Positions 58,681 through 64,000 of a stretch of DNA of 64,000 nucleotides are shown one piece after another (position 1 is the stretch's first letter; every line of letters begins with the position of its first letter). Origin of the DNA: Centroscyllium fabricii (Eukaryota); NCBI GenBank assembly GCA_051313645.2, contig JBNRSN020000003.1, positions 51,212,001-51,276,000 on the forward strand, read 5' to 3'. The translations under genes and the position numbers were made by a program. Under the pieces are notes generated by a model, which was given only the letters and a program-made list of their open reading frames with translations, did not search any database and was not told the origin of the DNA.

Positions 58681-59442
58681 TGGCCAGAAATTCGGGTCGG
58701 AGGCTTCCCGCGTGCGCAAGCCTCCAACCTGCACTTACCTAGCGCGCCGGCCGTTGAGTTGTGGGCCCCCATGGAATTCCGATGCGGGGCCTCCTCCAAC
58801 TGCCGGCGCGCTGTGCTCACGTATCGCAGCAGCGCAGTTAATGCGATGCGTCCCCTGGGATCATGTGGGCCACAGAGAGCCAATCGGAGCACAGAATGCT
58901 CCATTCATAAGTTTGACAGGAAGAGCTGTCAAAAGTATGAAAACTACAAGCCCCAAAAAAAATCACTAAATCTTCAAATAATATATTTTTTAAATCACAT
59001 TTTTCAAAATAACTATCAATTACATTGAATAACTATTTTAAACAGTAATTTAAATTTTTGAAAAAGTTAATTACAGTTTTGAACGGGGCTAAAAATGAAT
59101 TTACCTTTCTTTAAAGTATTTAAAAATAATAAACCTGTGGAAAAAATGTTTTAATTTGAATTGATTCACCACTTACCTTGTTAAAACCAGGCTTTGCACA
59201 TTAAAATATTAGCCGTAACTTTTTCATATTTACCCGGACACAGAATCTTATTTAAAAAATCGGAAGTGCAGTGCGCTGCCGCTCCCGCGCACGCGTTCCG
59301 ACCTCTGAACCCTTCTGTCAGGGGATCGGAAGTGCTGGTTTCACGCGCATGCGCTGTGCATGCACGAAACCGGCACTTTGGATGGGCCTACGGGTGAGTA
59401 CCCAGCGCGTACTCACGCGTTGGGACCTGAATTTCTGGGCCA
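58681..59442. mobile_element. Harbinger-like MITE in the putative 3'UTR
   Basis: tggccagaaattcgg / tgaatttctgggcca; reverse-orientation homolog of 30528-31534. Confidence 0.82.
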
Positions 59443-60534
59443 ATGTATTTTCAATTGGAGAATATCTGCAGGGCTGGTTTATTTGTAAAGTTCCAGTAAT
59501 GAAGATTATTAAGGGAGTTCTAGATGTTAATCGGCAGTGCTTGGGATAGAATCTCTAATCTGCCAGTTTAAAATGTGTGATTTATATATTTTTTAAATTG
59601 GTGATTCCCTTTTTAGAGCAATTTCCGCAAACTAGGGCATCCCATCCCTCTGCGGCTCAATAAGTCCATGGAACTGGGCCGCCCAGACCAGAAAGACCCC
59701 AGGTTCCATTTCCAGCCTGTGCCAAATGAGTTGATCTCTCCCAGGCCAGCAGTTGCAGGCGTTAGAATTATCCTCAATGCACTTGAGGTAGAGAGGCGGG
59801 GCAAACATAAATCAGGATTCCCAATCCCGATGGCTATCCCGTGACTCCCTACTGACCGGAAAGTGCTTATGTGTGGATTTGGATGAGGTTAGATTCAGCT
59901 GTGATGCCCATCTCCCCCTTCAGCATCATCGAATGATCTGCCAACACTCACTGCCCAGGCTGACACATGAAGAATGGCCAGTTGGGCAATGTTCCGGAGC
60001 TCCCGAGTTGGGTGGCTAGTGTCTGTGGAACTGTACCGTGGTACAAGTCAGTGTCTTCAGGAAGGAGGGAAGAACATTGGTAGGTGGAGAGGAAGGAATT
60101 AAAAACTAGAGGTAGATTTTTATTTCTGCATTGATGTAAGATGTTACTGCAGTTCTCAAAAGGTTAAAACAGACTAGGTTTAAAAGCACATGTAACTAAA
60201 ACATCAGTTGATATTCAGCAGCAAAGTGAACTACCCGTGTTATTACAGTCCATGTGTAAATGGCTGTGGAAAAGTAAAACTTTGGGTTTGATAGTTACTG
60301 TTTTTCACCCAATCCCTATGAAATACTGATATATTCCAACTTCTCATTAAAGATTCACACCCCCTCTACCCCAGCCCATTTTTCTTAAATACATTTTCTG
60401 GATAAATGCAAGTAAAAATATTAACCAAATGTTGTCAAAAAAGGCAAAATGATCATAAGTAGAATAACAAAATGTCCAAGAGTACATTACAAAGATGGCA
60501 GCTTCCCATGAATAATCTTATCTTTTTTTTAAAG

Positions 60535-60885
60535 TTTGTTTTTGGGATGTGGACAACACCGACGAGGCCATATTTATTGCCCATCCATAAGCTATTGTTT
60601 GCACAACCGAGTGTCTTGCTAGGCCATTAACAGTCAATTACATATTGTGGTCCAGAGTCACGTGTAGGCCAGACCAGGTAAGAGTGGCAGGTTCCCTTTC
60701 CCTGAAGGAGATTAGTTATCATTGGGTTTTTACAACAATCTTGACAGCCTTCATGGTCATTTTTCTGGTGTTAGCCCACAGATTACCAGATTTATTGAAT
60801 CCAGTTCCAAAACGTGTCACAGTGGGAATTAAACCCATGACCTCGGGATTGATAGTCCACTACTAGCACCACTACATTACTGTGA
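60535..60885 (-). mobile_element. Old tRNA-SINE (family of 44484-44980)
   Basis: gtcacgtgtaggccagaccaggtaag...gtgggaattaaacccat is the reverse complement of the 44484 SINE core. Confidence 0.7.
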
Positions 60886-63800
60886 CGCAACTCAGCTAGG
60901 AACTAAGTATACATTGGTACTTCATCCTCTGATCATCCATTTATTTTTTTAGATTGTATAAATGATATTTTTAACTATGTACCTTACTGAACAAAATAAG
61001 GTTAAAAAAAAAGACCAGAAGGTAGACTGTTGAAATATCATCTTACATGGGGAATGGAGGGAGAATTGCAATGGTCAATATGTATAGCGAAATTGGAAGC
61101 ATAGTCTCTTTGAATATATTTACAAAGTGGCTACACGTAGTGACCAAAGGACCTCTGCTGCCAACTCCCTCCCCACAACCCCATTGGGAAGGGGAAGGAG
61201 AGGGGTGGGACAAAAGATGTGTACTGGAAAACAAGCATCAGACATACAAAGCTCTCAGAGCTATAACTTTCTATACAAGAGCAATATGTATTCCAATGTC
61301 TGAATGTGCACTGTATTTGGGGAGGGGCAGTGGAAGGTTATACAAAATATCTTGTTAAATACCATGTTCTTTCTGTAAAATTGTTCACAAATCAAGCATA
61401 CCATTTAACCATGGAATGGTACAGTGCAAAAACAGGCCATTCGGCCTCTCATGTCTATGACAATATTTTACTCCACATGAGCCAACTAGCCTAATACCAC
61501 TCTCCTCTCTTACCGTATCCTGTGATCTTTTTCTTTTACAAGCAACTATCTACTTCCCTTTTAAAAGAATATATGGACTCTACTTCAACAATGTTTTGCT
61601 GCAGTGAAGTCCTAACCACCCTCTATGAATTTTTTTCCTCTTCTCTAATCTGGTGTATAAATTAATTCAGTGGGGGTGGGGGGGGGGGGGGTTAAAAAAA
61701 AGACTTGTAAAGGATCTAATGGCAAAGTATTGATTTCTGCTCTTGACTATGGTAATTCTGGAAAAAACGAACTGAACATTTGTCTTCTGTAGGCAAGTTC
61801 CAGCCGGACAGAACTGGAGACATGAATTGAAATGCTGTGGTGAGGACTAGTGTCTCTCATAGTGTGAACTCATGCTTCAGTTTACCTTATGTTTCCATGA
61901 ATGGTGGTGCCTGAAAATAAAATGCTTTTCCTTTGGATGTGCACCATCTTCTCTCACATAGTACTACCCTCCTCTCTCACATTGACTGCAAGGTCAGCCT
62001 TGCTGTCATCTGTCTTGTATTTGATGACTAGAAGGTGTGCCACTAACATCTTGCAAGGCCAAAATTAAGCTGGAAATTCTGTGACTATTTAATGTAGAAC
62101 TAAATGAAGTAATGAAGGATATTGTTTCAGCTTGCATGTTGTATGTCTGATATGTAAAAAAAAAAGTATTTACAGTGATATTCTTAGAATTGTGCCTTTT
62201 AAGCCTCCTGTTTATTTATTACAGTCTTATTTATGTTTTGTTCTGTATAGTTCAGTTCTGGACATTTTTTTTATTCCTGTTAAGACTGCAGTTGGCACAT
62301 TCTGATGTTTAGAGTTATTTTCGTAAGAACAGCTAAATATATTCATAGAATATTGAATAAGAAAAAAAACCAATTCAGTGGGCTAGCATGCTGGAACTTA
62401 ATCTGATTTACTAAACTTGCCACCTTTAGAATGTGCTTTGCATTTTTCAAAGCAGTACAGGATGGGATCACTGTACAAATAACTAAAGTTCCTGGCTGGA
62501 AGTAGGAGTCTGCAAGACACTCCTCTGTCAGCCCCTTGTCTCCTTATGTATTGCAGGACCTGATAGTTCATTCATTAAAGGCCTTATCATTAGCCTTGGA
62601 TTGTTAACATTGAATTATAGCCAGGTTTTCTGCATTTGAAATTAAGGTTTGACTTATGAAGTAGGCTGTTTTCATTATTAAAAATATCAGGCAGCTGTTA
62701 CCATGGTAGGTATTCAATAAGGAAATCAATGATGTTAAATTTGTTTTTGACATTTATATCTATTTTTTGCTATGACACGATTTTATAAAAAAAAGTTCTC
62801 TTGTCTTTCTATACATCTATAGAAGTGTTGATAATTTATTTCCTGCATTCTGCACACTAATGTAATATATAAATATAGCTGCACAGTGGTAAACCATCCT
62901 ACTAATCAAAGCAGACTTCTTTGAGTCTTCCACTGTGATTTCTTTTCTGTATAAAAAAAATGGGGGAAAAAAACTATCAAGGATATTTTTATCTTTCATA
63001 TTGAATGCCCGTTAAATGAATATAAGAATGTGAGTTATGCAGTCACAAGTATTTAATTGAACAACATGGTCTTATCAAAGATGGTGCCTATAATGTTTCT
63101 TGGGGTCTTAATTCCAACCACTTTTTGCTCTTGGGAGGACACGTCTGTTCTCAAATGCTCAGAACTGAACTAGCTATCTGAACATGTTACCCTCAGATTA
63201 TGGCTTTCAATCTAATTTTAGATCTCCTGTAGTGTACAAATAAACCATCACATTGAGTATTGTGCACATTTCCACATGTTTCAGTGATTAATTAAAAAAA
63301 AAAATTTTTTGAAGGAAAACAAATTGTCTTTTTTGATGTAAAATTACACTCTTATCACCTCCGGTTTTTCATTTTTCAATTAAATTAAAAAAAAAAAAAA
63401 CCATCTCTAGTCTGGTTTTAAAACATGAAACAATAAAACAGAAGGAGGGGGGCTGTCAAACTTATATTGAAATACTGCAGATTGGATGGCAAAGTGAGTT
63501 AATATGCAGTTCTGGGACCTCGGCTGAAACCCAGCCCGGACTGACTGATGGAATTCTCCAAGTGCAGAAACACACCGCATCTCCAGATAATCTGTATTTC
63601 TGCAATGTTCAGTATTAATACGATGGGGTGTAAATCTCCTCTGTCTTGTGAATTCTTCTGTTTACTAAAGGAAGGGGTGTTAGTCATTTCAGCACTCGGT
63701 GAGATATGGCATAGACAACTGCAAAATAAAGCTCCCTCTACTATTAGTTCCACCCTCAGAAGACTACTCCTACTGATATGTCACTGAGTTTCATCCTCAT

Positions 63801-63940
63801 CGTTTCCTCTGACTAAGAACGGCAGTTGTCAAATTAGGGATAGTTTTGTGCTGGTGGTTCACATTAGCAACTGGTTCAAAAGTGCTCAAACTCATTGCAC
63901 ATAGGATCCGGTAAGCAGGGAGAGGTGAAATTCAACTTCA

Positions 63941-64000
63941 TAAGAACATAAGAAATAGGAGCAGGAGTAGGCCAATCGGCCCTTCGAGCCTGCTGATCTG
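63941..64000 (-). mobile_element. CR1/SINE tail fragment
   Basis: taagaacataagaaataggagcaggagtaggcc. Confidence 0.75.

Larger units (their letters stand above)
57845..63440 (+). other. WWC2: Putative long 3'UTR of WWC2 (end uncertain)
   Basis: AT-rich and relatively TE-poor sequence after the stop; AATAAA candidates at about 61916, 63239 and 63432. Confidence 0.45.

Overview
Eukaryotic vertebrate DNA, very likely from a cartilaginous fish (shark), inferred from its HE1-like V-SINEs, Deu-SINEs and CR1/HER1-like LINEs. The window holds the 3' half of a WWC-family Hippo-pathway scaffold gene on the + strand, best matching WWC2. Twelve GT-AG exons (1436-57844) splice in frame into about 540 codons: C2 domain, acidic region, aPKC-binding region, coiled coil and C-terminal ...SLPADDV PDZ-binding motif. 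A probable long 3'UTR follows. The introns are almost entirely nested transposons: a young near-intact Ty3/Gypsy element with a single 1260-aa ORF, solo LTRs, CR1, L2 and Rex1 LINEs, Penelope-like elements carrying minimal hammerhead ribozymes, several SINE families and many Harbinger-type MITEs. I found no convincing wholly new biological system. The most interesting signals are: a templated copy of an exon/intron junction inside a MITE; a LINE that displaced an exon's polypyrimidine tract; a local duplication that preserves the Gypsy empty site; a fossil Harbinger Myb ORF split by nested insertions; an LF-SINE-like relic; and LTR-borne CTCF-like motifs. Family names come from recalled motifs, not database searches, and TE boundaries are approximate unless a TSD is given.
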